From: Candidatus Woesearchaeota archaeon
GTDB taxonomy: Archaea; Nanobdellota; Nanobdellia; SCGC-AAA011-G17; JACPIM01
Assembly (NCBI GenBank): GCA_016188045.1
Contig: JACPIM010000002.1
Span: 17,198-81,197 of the forward strand
Length of the DNA stretch: 64,000 nt
Direction of reading: 5' to 3'
This document shows positions 30,878 to 41,209 of the stretch, piece after piece. The notes beneath the pieces were generated by a model that saw only the letters and a list, made by a program, of their open reading frames with translations, had not been told where the DNA came from and did not search any database. Each line of letters opens with the position of its first letter. Within the stretch, counting starts at the first letter, position 1. Both the position numbers and the translations under genes were made by a program.

Positions 30878-31933
30878 CTATAATCTCAATAGTGCGTCCA
30901 TATTGTACAAAAGTTTGGCATTTGGATCCAAATAAGAAACTCTTCTAACAAGACCACTATCTATCACTCTGTTTTTTAAATCCCCCTCCGCAGAGTCCGT
31001 AGATCTAAATCTTGTATAATTTAATACACTACCAATTCCCTCTCCAAACTGTTGATAAGGTTTTCCAATAGTTTCTTTAGGACCAGAAATAAAAAGACCG
31101 TCTTCAAAAGCAATAGGTACAAAAGGATTTAATACCCCGGTATACCTCCCAGATATAAAGTGCTTCCATGGCTCAAATGGAACATAGATTAAATGATCAT
31201 GCTCTATCCTTCTACCATTTCTTTTAAGTTTTCTATTTAATCTCTGAAATGCCCTTTCAACTTCTTCACTAGTGTGATTTAGTTTAACATAAGTTACTAT
31301 AGCTACACTTCTAGTTTCAACACCACCAACAAAACCAAGATATTGTTTTCTTAAGCTGCTCGTGTTGATACCAATTTCCTCTCTAATCTCTTTATCAGTT
31401 GATCTATCAAAAAAATCTTCGCTAACAGGTCCTTTATTAGGATCAGTATCTTTTCTATAATCTGTAAACCCTGCAGGAGGCAAATACATACCGCCAAAGT
31501 CTTCACTACCGCCAGATCTGTAGCCAAAAACTAATTTTCCGTCTGAAGTTTCAACAACAGCTACAACATTTCCAGTTCTAATAAGTCTTGTTCTTAAATC
31601 AGATCCAGTATCTCTTGTAGTTAAAGTTTGTTCTAATGTTTTATGGATGCTATACAAAGTATCTCTCATATACATAACCCTATTTCCATTTCTATCTATT
31701 GTTAAACAATCAAAAAATAAGTTAACACCATCATAATAAACAGGATGTTCTGCAATTTGTTTTCTCCTTTCCAAAAGCCGTTTTCTGTATTCTTCATCAT
31801 TCCATAATCCAAAAGATTGTTCTTCTTCACTTGGGAAAGAGTTGGAATGTATTACTCTAAGATTAACATTTTCTCCTTGACCTACTGAATCAAAAATAAT
31901 CACTTCTTCAATTCTTTGTCTTTGTTCTATCAT
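30878..31933 (-). CDS. Nudix-fold protein with extended N-terminus
   Basis: VVETSDGKLVFGYRS, PPAGF, KEIREEIG; start placed at MIEQR (ATG 31933). Confidence 0.7.
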   Translation of the reverse strand: MIEQRQRIEEVIIFDSVGQGENVNLRVIHSNSFPSEEEQSFGLWNDEEYRKRLLERRKQIAEHPVYYDGVNLFFDCLTIDRNGNRVMYMRDTLYSIHKTLEQTLTTRDTGSDLRTRLIRTGNVVAVVETSDGKLVFGYRSGGSEDFGGMYLPPAGFTDYRKDTDPNKGPVSEDFFDRSTDKEIREEIGINTSSLRKQYLGFVGGVETRSVAIVTYVKLNHTSEEVERAFQRLNRKLKRNGRRIEHDHLIYVPFEPWKHFISGRYTGVLNPFVPIAFEDGLFISGPKETIGKPYQQFGEGIGSVLNYTRFRSTDSAEGDLKNRVIDSGLVRRVSYLDPNAKLLYNMDALLRL

Positions 31934-31934
31934 A

Positions 31935-32516
31935 TTAATTACCCACAAATTCTTCTCTTTTTCCAATATACAACGGATGTCTTTCAAATAACCTTTCTTT
32001 TATTGCTTCTAGATTTCCTCTTTCCACTCCTTCAAAAGTTTTTAAAAAAGCACAAAGGCTTTTTTCTTGAGCTGATCTTATTTCAGTATTTTTAATTAAG
32101 TCAGTTGCAACAGAAGCATATAACTTTCTAATTTCATCTCCATAAACAAAATCAAATATAGTGGCAACTCTAGTTAGATGATAGTCAGATGTAACAACGA
32201 TTACCCCCTGAATGCTATTAGGCAGAATAATATCTCTCAGAGTAAATACCGCTTGGCCGACAGTATCAACAGAATTAGGTTCTACAAAAATATGGCCTAT
32301 TGGAACTCCGTTTTTTAAAGCATAATCTCTCATATCTTCTCCTTGACTGGTTTTTAGGTGTTCATCTCCTCTGCCGTGATTTCCACTCATAGTTAAACTT
32401 GAAACCAACCCAGAAAAATATTCATTAATTCCATAATCAAGTCTATCTCTAAACTCTTTTCCCAAAGACCCATCATGTTCCCTATTTCTTGATAATATTA
32501 CTGCTGTATCATACAT
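31935..32516 (-). CDS. YdcF/ElyC (DUF218) family protein
   Basis: RLDYG, MSG, EPNSVDTVG, VVTSDYHLTR; start placed at MYDTA. Confidence 0.85.
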   Translation of the reverse strand: MYDTAVILSRNREHDGSLGKEFRDRLDYGINEYFSGLVSSLTMSGNHGRGDEHLKTSQGEDMRDYALKNGVPIGHIFVEPNSVDTVGQAVFTLRDIILPNSIQGVIVVTSDYHLTRVATIFDFVYGDEIRKLYASVATDLIKNTEIRSAQEKSLCAFLKTFEGVERGNLEAIKERLFERHPLYIGKREEFVGN

Positions 32517-32605
32517 ATTATTTCCCCACAAAACCACCCATAAATTCCATTTATAAACCTTTTCCAATAACTTTTTAAATTACCCAATAAAGTTTTTTAA
32601 ACACT

Positions 32606-33352
32606 ATGGGCTTTAAATCATGGTTTTACAACAATTATAAGTATTTGAATTATCCATTATCCTTTTATTTTATATCAAAGAGACTAACAAGACCAATAAA
32701 GGGGTTTATAGAATTATCAAAAATATTCTTGTTTAAATCTAATTTAATGAAATATGATATGAACGAAAGAATAATAGAAAGGCCCTTTGCTATCAATCAT
32801 CTACCAAATGTAAAATCTAGAGTATTAGAAATAGGGTGTGCAGATAGTATTTTACCATTAGAAATGGCTTCTTTAGGTCATTCTGTTACCGGTTTAGACA
32901 TAAAAAAATATCCATTTACTCACCCAAATTTTACTCTCCAAAGAGGGGATATAACAAAAATACCAATTCCAAAAAATTATTATGACGTAGTTACTTGTAT
33001 TTCAACTTTAGAGCACATAGGTTTGGAATATGCCTTGGATGAAAAACCAAAAGAAAAAGACAATAGAAAAGATAAGGAATGTATAAAAATAATCTTTGAT
33101 TGTTTAAAAGATGACGGCAAATTAATATTAACAACACCATTTGGGAAAAGCCAGGTTAAACCAGAAGGACGCGTCTATAGCCAGGAAGACGTAGAAGATT
33201 TATTCAAAAATTTTGTTATAGAAGAACAAAAATATTATGTAAAAGAAGGTAAAAACTGGATTAAAAAAGAAAAACATGAAGTTATTAAAGAAGGAGTAAC
33301 TTTGATAGTTGCAACAAAAAGGCCAAGAATCATAGTGCCTTCCTTAGACTAA
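32606..33352 (+). CDS. Class I SAM-dependent methyltransferase
   Basis: LEIGC, CISTLEHIGL, TTPFG. Confidence 0.88.
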   Translation: MGFKSWFYNNYKYLNYPLSFYFISKRLTRPIKGFIELSKIFLFKSNLMKYDMNERIIERPFAINHLPNVKSRVLEIGCADSILPLEMASLGHSVTGLDIKKYPFTHPNFTLQRGDITKIPIPKNYYDVVTCISTLEHIGLEYALDEKPKEKDNRKDKECIKIIFDCLKDDGKLILTTPFGKSQVKPEGRVYSQEDVEDLFKNFVIEEQKYYVKEGKNWIKKEKHEVIKEGVTLIVATKRPRIIVPSLD

Positions 33353-33405
33353 TTTTTAAGCCTTTCCCAATATCTTTATAAACCTTGAACCTATAGCCCA
33401 AAAGC

Positions 33406-34467
33406 ATGTTCAATAACTCTACAATATTTATAACCGGGGGTACGGGCTCTTGGGGCCAGGAACTAGTTAAACAGCTACTTGAAAAATATAATGCAAAAGA
33501 GATTAGGATTTTTAGTAGAGGAGAAAATAAACAAGTCTTAATGCAAAGACAATACGAAAATAATAAGATCTTAAAATTTATTATAGGAGACGTTAGAGAT
33601 AAATACAGATTAGATCACGCCTTAAAAAATGTTGATTACGTAGTTCATCTTGCAGCTTTAAAACACGTTCCTGTTTGTGAAGATCATCCAATAGAAGCAG
33701 TTCACACAAATGTTCTTGGAACACAAAATCTTATTGAAGCGTGCATAAACAATAATATAAAAAAAGTAATATTGGTCTCGTCAGATAAAGCTTGTGAACC
33801 ATTTAATCTATATGGCATAACAAAGGCCTGTGCAGAAAAATTGATTCTAGCATCGAATAAAGTTAATCACAACACAAGTTTCTCCTGTATACGTGGTGGT
33901 AATGTCATAGGCTCTAGCGAATCAGTCATACCATTATTCAGAAGACAAGTTATTGAAAACAACGAAATTACAATAACAGACACAAGAATGACAAGATTTA
34001 TTTTTACACTATCAGATGCCGTTTCATTAATATTCAAGGCATTTGAAAAATCAAAAGGCGGTGAATTATTCGTAATGAAGATGCCAGGAATGAAATTAAT
34101 GGATTTAGCTCAGGCAATGATAGACGAGCTTGGAAATAAAGATACAAAAACAAAAATAATAGGAATTAGACCAGGTGAAAAAATCCATGAAGTATTATTA
34201 TCAAAACATGAAAAAGATAATATTATAGATGATGAGCACTATTTTATAATTTTGCCAAAAAATAAAAAACCAGAAATTGAGGAGTATTATAAAAATTACA
34301 AAAAAACAAGCTTACCCGATGAATTTAGCTCATTAAACACAAGAATGTTAAACAAAGAAGAAATAAAAATCTTATTAAGAAAAGGAGGATGGTTGGATAA
34401 ACCTTTAGCCAAAGGAGAAGATACAGTTAAACATTTAGGACCGCAAGAATTTAGGGCACCTTTGTAA
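33406..34467 (+). CDS. UDP-GlcNAc 4,6-dehydratase (PseB/CapD-like)
   Basis: TGGTGSWG, HLAALKHVP, SSDKA, YGITK, IRPGEKIHE. Confidence 0.92.
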   Translation: MFNNSTIFITGGTGSWGQELVKQLLEKYNAKEIRIFSRGENKQVLMQRQYENNKILKFIIGDVRDKYRLDHALKNVDYVVHLAALKHVPVCEDHPIEAVHTNVLGTQNLIEACINNNIKKVILVSSDKACEPFNLYGITKACAEKLILASNKVNHNTSFSCIRGGNVIGSSESVIPLFRRQVIENNEITITDTRMTRFIFTLSDAVSLIFKAFEKSKGGELFVMKMPGMKLMDLAQAMIDELGNKDTKTKIIGIRPGEKIHEVLLSKHEKDNIIDDEHYFIILPKNKKPEIEEYYKNYKKTSLPDEFSSLNTRMLNKEEIKILLRKGGWLDKPLAKGEDTVKHLGPQEFRAPL

Positions 34468-34468
34468 A

Positions 34469-35212
34469 ATGAATGAAAAAATATTGCTTCTGGGTTCAAA
34501 TGGAAGATTAGCCTTTTTTATAAGAAAAATTCACCCCGAAGTTCTGGGATATGATAAAGATAGAGTAGATATTTCTGACAAAGAACAAATCACAAATTTA
34601 ATAGAAAAAGAAAACCCTTTTTTGATAATAAATTGCGCCGCATTAACAGATTTGGAATATTGCGAAGATAATCCGGAAGAATGTTGGAAAGTTAATGCCC
34701 TAGCAGTAAAGTATATTGCTGAAGCAGCCAAAAAAATAAATTCAAAATTAATCCATTTTTCATCAAATGCAGCAACAAATCCAGTAAATGAATATGGTAA
34801 AGCTAAATTAGCAAGCGAATCTTTTGTAAAAGAGAAAGGTTTAGTAATTAGAACCGATATATATGATGCAAAGACCTTCATAATAAACAAATTACTATTC
34901 ACAGAAGAAAAGATTAATGCCTATAATGATGTATTTTTTAATCCGATATATATGGGGACAATGGCAGAATTAATCTTCAAATTAAAAGATAAAACCGGAA
35001 TTTTAAATATAGTAACTAAAGAAAAAATAAGTTTTTACGAATTCGCTTTAAAGATTTGTGAAATTTTTGACATTGACCAATCAAGAGTTATTCCTGTAAA
35101 ATATAATGAAAACCAAAAAGTTAAAAGACAAAAAGAGTTATATTTAAAACCAGATATAAACATTTCAATAGATGAAGATTTAAGGAGATTTAAAGATGAT
35201 TTTAAAAGATAA
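34469..35212 (+). CDS. RmlD-like NDP-sugar reductase
   Basis: GSNGRL, INCAA, YGKAK. Confidence 0.85.
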   Translation: MNEKILLLGSNGRLAFFIRKIHPEVLGYDKDRVDISDKEQITNLIEKENPFLIINCAALTDLEYCEDNPEECWKVNALAVKYIAEAAKKINSKLIHFSSNAATNPVNEYGKAKLASESFVKEKGLVIRTDIYDAKTFIINKLLFTEEKINAYNDVFFNPIYMGTMAELIFKLKDKTGILNIVTKEKISFYEFALKICEIFDIDQSRVIPVKYNENQKVKRQKELYLKPDINISIDEDLRRFKDDFKR

Positions 35213-35882
35213 AAAAATACTGATAATATCACCGCATCCAGATGATGAAATAATTTGTTGTGGTGGTTTAATAGAAAAAGCCAAACGAGAAGGAGCAGAG
35301 GTTTTCGTTTTCTATATTTGTTTTGGCAAATTCAGACAACTAGTTACTGGGAGCACAGATCCGGAAACAAGACTAAAAGAAACAGAACAAGTTGCTCAAG
35401 CAGGAAATTTTAAATATAAAATTTTATTTAAAGGAGATGGAAATGAATGGCTAAGGTTGGATACAATAGCACAAGTAGAGCTAATCAACCCAATAGAGGA
35501 CGTAATAGAGGAGATTAAACCAGATATTGTATGTATTCCTCCAGGCAATAGTTACGACCAAGACCACAGGGCAGTTCATAAAGCCTGTATTACAGCATTA
35601 AGGCCAATACCCCAAAATATAAGGCATTTTGTTCCAATAGTTTTAATGTACGAAGAGCCATATAGTTGGGTAGTTGGTGATTTAGAAAAGAAGAATTTTT
35701 ACGTTGATACCTCAGAATTTGAGGAAAAAAAAGCAGAGCTTATGAAATTACATGCCTCTCAAAACAGAGAAGATCCCTTTCCAAGATCAGGAGAAAATTT
35801 GATTAGACATATGAGGATAAGGGGCCCAGAGATAGGAGTCAGATCTGCCGAAGCTTACACATTATTAAGAGGAGTATTTTAA
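35196..35882 (+). CDS. PIG-L family deacetylase
   Basis: PHPDDE, DQDH, HASQ. Confidence 0.9.
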   Translation: MILKDKKILIISPHPDDEIICCGGLIEKAKREGAEVFVFYICFGKFRQLVTGSTDPETRLKETEQVAQAGNFKYKILFKGDGNEWLRLDTIAQVELINPIEDVIEEIKPDIVCIPPGNSYDQDHRAVHKACITALRPIPQNIRHFVPIVLMYEEPYSWVVGDLEKKNFYVDTSEFEEKKAELMKLHASQNREDPFPRSGENLIRHMRIRGPEIGVRSAEAYTLLRGVF

Positions 35883-37115
35883 TTAAGGTAAAATTTCAAT
35901 TTTCGGTAGTGGCATAATAAATTTACCACCCTTCTCAATAAAATCTTTCTCTTTGCTTAATATTTCGTCTTTGTAAGTATATGCTAGGATCAAGGCACAA
36001 TCTGGATATTTTTCTTTCATCTTATCAGGGTGGAATATCTCAATATGTTTACCAGGTATTACTCTGCCATATCTCTCAGGTGATACATCAACAACATAAT
36101 CTAATATTTCTTTTCCGATATCACAATAGTTTAATAAGATAATGCTACTTCCGGGAGCCCCATATCCAATAATCCTTTTGCCTTGTTTTTTTAAGTTCCT
36201 CAATAAACCAATTAACTCAATTTTATTTTTATTTATCAAATCACCAAAAGTTATATAGCTCTTTTCGTCAAGTATTCCTGTTTTATTTTCTAATTCTAAT
36301 AATTCTTTTACTTTTTTACTTATACTTTCATTTTTTCCTTTATTTCTTACAAATACCCTAATAGACCCAGAATGTATAGGTATCCTATCAACATCAAATA
36401 TTTCAATTCCAAATCGGTTCATTAAATGTGATAAGGCATGTAATGAATAGTAGCATAGATGTTCATGATACATAGTGTCATATTTTGTATTTTCTAAAAG
36501 GTCTATTATATACTGAACTTCAAAAATATAAACGCCATCTTCTTTAAGCAAAATCTTTATCCCATCCATAACTTCATCTAAATTATCTATGTGTGCAAAA
36601 ACATTATTTGCAATAATTAAATCCGCTTTTCCATATTTATTGACAATTTCTTTTGCTACTTTTTTTGTAAAATAATCCATTATTATGTTTAATCCTTTGG
36701 ATCTAGCAATTTTAGAAACATTTTCAGAAGGATCAACACCAATAGCACTAATTCTTAAGTCACTAAGTGGTTTTAATAAAACCCCATCATTAGATCCAAT
36801 TTCAACAACAAAACCATCTTTATTTTTCAAAAATCTCTCTTTATAATAAGTTGCTGCTTTTCTAAAATGTTCAGAAAGAGTTTTAGTCGAAGATGATAAG
36901 TATCTATAATCTTTAAATAACATATCTGGAGGTATGACATCTAAAACCTGAACTAATGAACATTTTTTGCAAAAATAAACATTTAAAGGATATTTTTTTT
37001 CACTAGGAATATCTTCTTTTTTCAAAAATCCTCCTGCTAAGGGCATATTTCCAAGACTGAGAAATTTAACTACAGAATTACTTTTACAAATTCTACAAGT
37101 CTTTATTTTTTTCAT
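35883..37115 (-). CDS. NDP-hexose C-methyltransferase with Zn-binding N-domain
   Basis: CRIC..CKKC, EIGSNDG, NVFAH, YHEHLCY, GYGAP; start placed at MKKIK. Confidence 0.9.
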   Translation of the reverse strand: MKKIKTCRICKSNSVVKFLSLGNMPLAGGFLKKEDIPSEKKYPLNVYFCKKCSLVQVLDVIPPDMLFKDYRYLSSSTKTLSEHFRKAATYYKERFLKNKDGFVVEIGSNDGVLLKPLSDLRISAIGVDPSENVSKIARSKGLNIIMDYFTKKVAKEIVNKYGKADLIIANNVFAHIDNLDEVMDGIKILLKEDGVYIFEVQYIIDLLENTKYDTMYHEHLCYYSLHALSHLMNRFGIEIFDVDRIPIHSGSIRVFVRNKGKNESISKKVKELLELENKTGILDEKSYITFGDLINKNKIELIGLLRNLKKQGKRIIGYGAPGSSIILLNYCDIGKEILDYVVDVSPERYGRVIPGKHIEIFHPDKMKEKYPDCALILAYTYKDEILSKEKDFIEKGGKFIMPLPKIEILP

Positions 37116-37219
37116 AGCCGCAGTATTTTCTAAAATTATCAATATTAATAAATATTATCAATAATGTTTAATTTTTAAAGAAAAGGTTTATAAATATTAT
37201 GTAGCATAAATCTTCTGTA

Positions 37220-38311
37220 ATGGTAAAGATCTCTGGCTATATTACTAATCTTAATGTTCTAAAAAAAGGGGTAGACTACTTTTTTAAGTTTATGTTCAGC
37301 CCAAATTCAACTATGAAAAGGAAAATCAATCTTCTTTCCGCCTTAATACAATGGAAAGTACTAGAGAGAGATAGATTAACCAGCTATCCCATAAAAGTAA
37401 ACATAGATCCAGGAAACGTATGTAATCTGCATTGTAAGGCCTGCCCGACAGGTATTGGTTTAGAAGGCAGAGCAAAAGGTTTAATGAATTGGAAAACCTA
37501 CAAAAAAATAATAGATGAAATAGGGGATTACTTGTTTGAAGTTGATTTATACAGTTGGGGAGAGCCTTTTTTACATAGGCAGATTTTTGATATGGTGGAC
37601 TATGCTAATCAAAAAAAAATAACTACCATAATCAGCTCTAATTTTATGGTGTTTAATGATGAAATCTGCGAGAAGATAATTAAGTCACAATTAAGTTTAT
37701 TGATAGTTTCCCTGCATGGGGGAAGTCAGGAATCAATAGACTCATATCAAGTAGGTACCGATTTCAATAAAGTAGTAAATAACATGAGAAAAATAGTAGA
37801 AATGAAAAAGAAATTAAATAGCGACAAGCCATTTGTCCAATGGAGAATGGTTGTTACCAAATATAATGAACACGAAATAGAAAAAGTACAGAAAATGGCC
37901 AAGGAACTTGGAGTAAACAGGCTGGAATTGGCCCCATATAGATGTGATATGGCCACTGAGGTTTTGATGAATAATGAAAGACAATTTGAAACTGCCAAAA
38001 CCTTTTTGCCTAAAGACGAAGGTTACTCTATGTATAATTATTCCAATAAGGAAAAGAAAAATATAAAGAATGATGATTGTATCTGGTTGTTTATGCAAGC
38101 AGCAGTAAACTGGAATGGTTCTGTTTCGCCATGTTGTGCCATATGGCATGAAAAATTTGATTTTGGAAATGTGAATGAACTTCCATTTAAAGAAGTATGG
38201 AATAATGAGAAGTATGTGGCAGCAAGAAGACTTAATAAAAAAAATTATAAACCAGACCCAAAACTGGGTTTAGTATGTGCAACTTGTTATAAAAATCAAG
38301 CTCAAATCTAG
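37220..38311 (+). CDS. Radical SAM/SPASM protein
   Basis: CNLHCKAC, WGEP, C..NWNG.VSPCC, CATC. Confidence 0.92.
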   Translation: MVKISGYITNLNVLKKGVDYFFKFMFSPNSTMKRKINLLSALIQWKVLERDRLTSYPIKVNIDPGNVCNLHCKACPTGIGLEGRAKGLMNWKTYKKIIDEIGDYLFEVDLYSWGEPFLHRQIFDMVDYANQKKITTIISSNFMVFNDEICEKIIKSQLSLLIVSLHGGSQESIDSYQVGTDFNKVVNNMRKIVEMKKKLNSDKPFVQWRMVVTKYNEHEIEKVQKMAKELGVNRLELAPYRCDMATEVLMNNERQFETAKTFLPKDEGYSMYNYSNKEKKNIKNDDCIWLFMQAAVNWNGSVSPCCAIWHEKFDFGNVNELPFKEVWNNEKYVAARRLNKKNYKPDPKLGLVCATCYKNQAQI

Positions 38312-39411
38312 ATTCCAGTATACAAGTTTAGAAGTTTTTCTCCAATAACATCTTCTCTAAATTGTTTGGCAAATTCTTGTGCATTTTTTATAACAGAATC
38401 ATTACTTTTATAATTATTTAATAATTTTCTTAATTCATTATGATCATTTATTTCAAACAAATAGCCATTTTCACCATTTTTTATTAATTCTTTTCCACCA
38501 TCAGTTTTAGAACCCATTACAATTAAACCAGCAGCCATAGCCTCAATTAATACCTGTGGCATGGCTTCTCTTAAGCTAGGCAAAACTAAAACATCATGTT
38601 CATTGAATAATTTAATCTTATCTTCCTTTTTAAAAATCGGACCAATAAACCTTATTCTATGGCTAGCACCATAAGACACAATAAGTTTTCTTAATTTATT
38701 GTAATATTCTTCATCATAAGGTCCAACAAGATCTACCTTTATATTTTCAAGTTCACTAACCGCATTAATCAAACAGTCTATATTTTTTATAGGGCTAATC
38801 CTGCCTAAAAATAAAATTCTTGGAACTTCTCTCTGTGACCATTGTCTTTCTATAAACAATTCACCTGGAATGCTATTCGGCATATAAACAATTTTATCCT
38901 TGCTTACTCCAAGATCAAACAAACAAGGTTCTTCCCATTTAGTTATAGTAATTATTTTTTTAAAATTATTTAATTCTTTTTTATATCTTAGATCATATGT
39001 TGCTGCTAAGATACTCAGAATATTGCCTCTAATTTCTCTACTAACAAAGGGGGCATGTGTTGTTAAAAAACAAGGTTTATTTGATTTCTGAGCGTATTTT
39101 AATGCAAAATGCGTACAAGGATGTCTATAAACATGTGCGTGAACTACATCAGGATTTAGTTTAAAAAATTCTTTTTTAAATTTCCAAACTAAAACATTTT
39201 CACTTAACCTAGTAGCATTAAACCTGTGTATCTTAATTCCTTCATATTCCTCATAGTTAGATGATTTCTCATTAGTTCCTTTTATAATGTTGCTAGAAAA
39301 AACACGAACTTCATTTCCCTTGCTAATTAAGTACCTGGCGTCATTATAAACTCTGTTCCAAACGCCACATACACTAGGGTAAGAAAAATCAGTTACTAAA
39401 AGTATTTTCAT
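38308..39411 (-). CDS. GT4 glycosyltransferase
   Basis: FLGRISPIKN, EAMPQVLIEAMAAG. Confidence 0.93.
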   Translation of the reverse strand: MKILLVTDFSYPSVCGVWNRVYNDARYLISKGNEVRVFSSNIIKGTNEKSSNYEEYEGIKIHRFNATRLSENVLVWKFKKEFFKLNPDVVHAHVYRHPCTHFALKYAQKSNKPCFLTTHAPFVSREIRGNILSILAATYDLRYKKELNNFKKIITITKWEEPCLFDLGVSKDKIVYMPNSIPGELFIERQWSQREVPRILFLGRISPIKNIDCLINAVSELENIKVDLVGPYDEEYYNKLRKLIVSYGASHRIRFIGPIFKKEDKIKLFNEHDVLVLPSLREAMPQVLIEAMAAGLIVMGSKTDGGKELIKNGENGYLFEINDHNELRKLLNNYKSNDSVIKNAQEFAKQFREDVIGEKLLNLYTGI

Positions 39412-39776
39412 TTTTTAGGTTGTTTAGCTTGATTATCTATTAAATCTCTATATGGCTCGTAATATTTACATTGAAATTTACCATCCCACCATTCTAGCAT
39501 AACAGTATCAGTTATTGATCGGAATAAATGTGGCGTTTCAGGTGGTATAGAAATAAAATCATTTGGACCCTTTCTTATTATAACATCTTTATCATCTTGT
39601 CTTAATGTTATTTCCATTTCCCCACTTAATATCGCATCATATTGAGTATTAGGATGATAATCTCCGCTTCTTAATACACCGGCTTTAGTAACAAGAACAT
39701 TAAATTTTACACCACCAATGTCTAATCTATGTATCTCCCCTCTATGATCCTTATAAACCGGTTCATCTAATCCCAT
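39408..39776 (-). CDS. Cupin-fold protein (sugar epimerase/isomerase-like)
   Basis: DHRG, RSGDYH, IPPETPH. Confidence 0.8.
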   Translation of the reverse strand: MGLDEPVYKDHRGEIHRLDIGGVKFNVLVTKAGVLRSGDYHPNTQYDAILSGEMEITLRQDDKDVIIRKGPNDFISIPPETPHLFRSITDTVMLEWWDGKFQCKYYEPYRDLIDNQAKQPKK

Positions 39777-39788
39777 TATAACCCCCCA

Positions 39789-40559
39789 TCAAATGTTCTC
39801 TAGTTTTACAAACTCACTTCTTTCAGATATGAAGTAGAGTATCTTATCTAACTTATTTAAAAATCTATCTAATTTACATATTTTATAAGTTAAACTATCA
39901 TTAATCTCTATAAAGTCCCATGAATGACAATAAAAAACAATAACTTTTCTTCTTTTCAATAATAAAAATAAAAACTTCATTAAAAACAAAGGCAATATCC
40001 TTAAAGAATATCCAACAAAAGGAATAACTAAAGCAGAAGTTGGAATTTCTAAAACTCCATTTTTTTTATAAGGATTACTTTTAGAAAAAAACTGCCTTAA
40101 AAAACCAAATATGCTTTTATTAGATCCTCTAATCAAATGAACTAGTTGTAAAATATCTTTGGAAGCATTTGATGAATCATACTTAAATCCATTTTCTTTC
40201 AATAATTTAAAAGTATTTTCATCAATACTATGTTGCGGTGCCCTAAAACCATTAACTTTTAATCCATATTTTCTAAAAATTTTTAAACCTTTTTTTATAT
40301 CGTTATTCTTTTCTTCATTATCCATCTTGTCAAATCTTTTATGATCATAAGAATGAAATCCTACTTCCCATCTATTATTTTGTAATCTCTTAAATATCTC
40401 ACCATATTTTTCAATAACCTCTCCGGTAACAAACAAAGTAGGTTTAATTTTGTATTTTTCAACTATTTTCTCAAAAATTTTTAATCCTTCAGTAACACCC
40501 AAATAATCTCCGCTATGTAAATCTCTCTCAACATCAACAGATATATTAACAAAAGTCAT
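39789..40559 (-). CDS. Polysaccharide deacetylase (NodB-like)
   Basis: SVDVE, HSYDH, GFRAP, YDSS, HSWD. Confidence 0.9.
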   Translation of the reverse strand: MTFVNISVDVERDLHSGDYLGVTEGLKIFEKIVEKYKIKPTLFVTGEVIEKYGEIFKRLQNNRWEVGFHSYDHKRFDKMDNEEKNNDIKKGLKIFRKYGLKVNGFRAPQHSIDENTFKLLKENGFKYDSSNASKDILQLVHLIRGSNKSIFGFLRQFFSKSNPYKKNGVLEIPTSALVIPFVGYSLRILPLFLMKFLFLLLKRRKVIVFYCHSWDFIEINDSLTYKICKLDRFLNKLDKILYFISERSEFVKLENI

Positions 40560-41209
40560 TTCTCAGCAATAAAATGTAAAAAAAATCCGAAATATTTTCC
40601 TTTAATTTTATTTAATTTATTATCCATATAATTAAAAATATTAGCAACCCTTAAATGTGGCGATATAAAATACTTAGAATTCTTGAATCCAGCCATATGC
40701 AAAAGTTTTCTAAATTCCATTGGAGTAAAAGATTTCTCATACCCAATATCCCATTTTCCAATCAGCATTTTAAATCTTTTAGTTAAATGAAAAAAAGATA
40801 GTTTATTTGGAACTGTTAAATATATCTTACCGTTTTTTTTCAAAACCCTATAAATCTCTCTTAACACTTGTTCAGTTTCAGGAACATGCTCTACTGTGCC
40901 TAAAGAAAATATTTTATCAAAACTTTCATTTTGAAAAGGCATTTTTCTCATGTCTCCCAGCTTTATATCTAGCTCTTTTGACAATTTCTTCTTAATGGCA
41001 GTCTCAGATATTTCAATTCCAGTACATTTTACATCTTTAATTTTTCTTCTAATATCTTCTAAATGCGCTCCAGGGCCAGCACCAATATCCAACACAACAT
41101 CCTCTTTCTTTATATCCAAAATATTCATTATAAAAGAAGCATCGCTAACAGTTTCACCAAAATAATGTGTTTTCCTTTCAGAATAGTATTTTTCCCAAGC
41201 GTTTACCAT
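40556..41209 (-). CDS. Class I SAM-dependent methyltransferase
   Basis: LDIGAGPG, GTVEH; start placed at MVNAW. Confidence 0.9.
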   Translation of the reverse strand: MVNAWEKYYSERKTHYFGETVSDASFIMNILDIKKEDVVLDIGAGPGAHLEDIRRKIKDVKCTGIEISETAIKKKLSKELDIKLGDMRKMPFQNESFDKIFSLGTVEHVPETEQVLREIYRVLKKNGKIYLTVPNKLSFFHLTKRFKMLIGKWDIGYEKSFTPMEFRKLLHMAGFKNSKYFISPHLRVANIFNYMDNKLNKIKGKYFGFFLHFIAEK

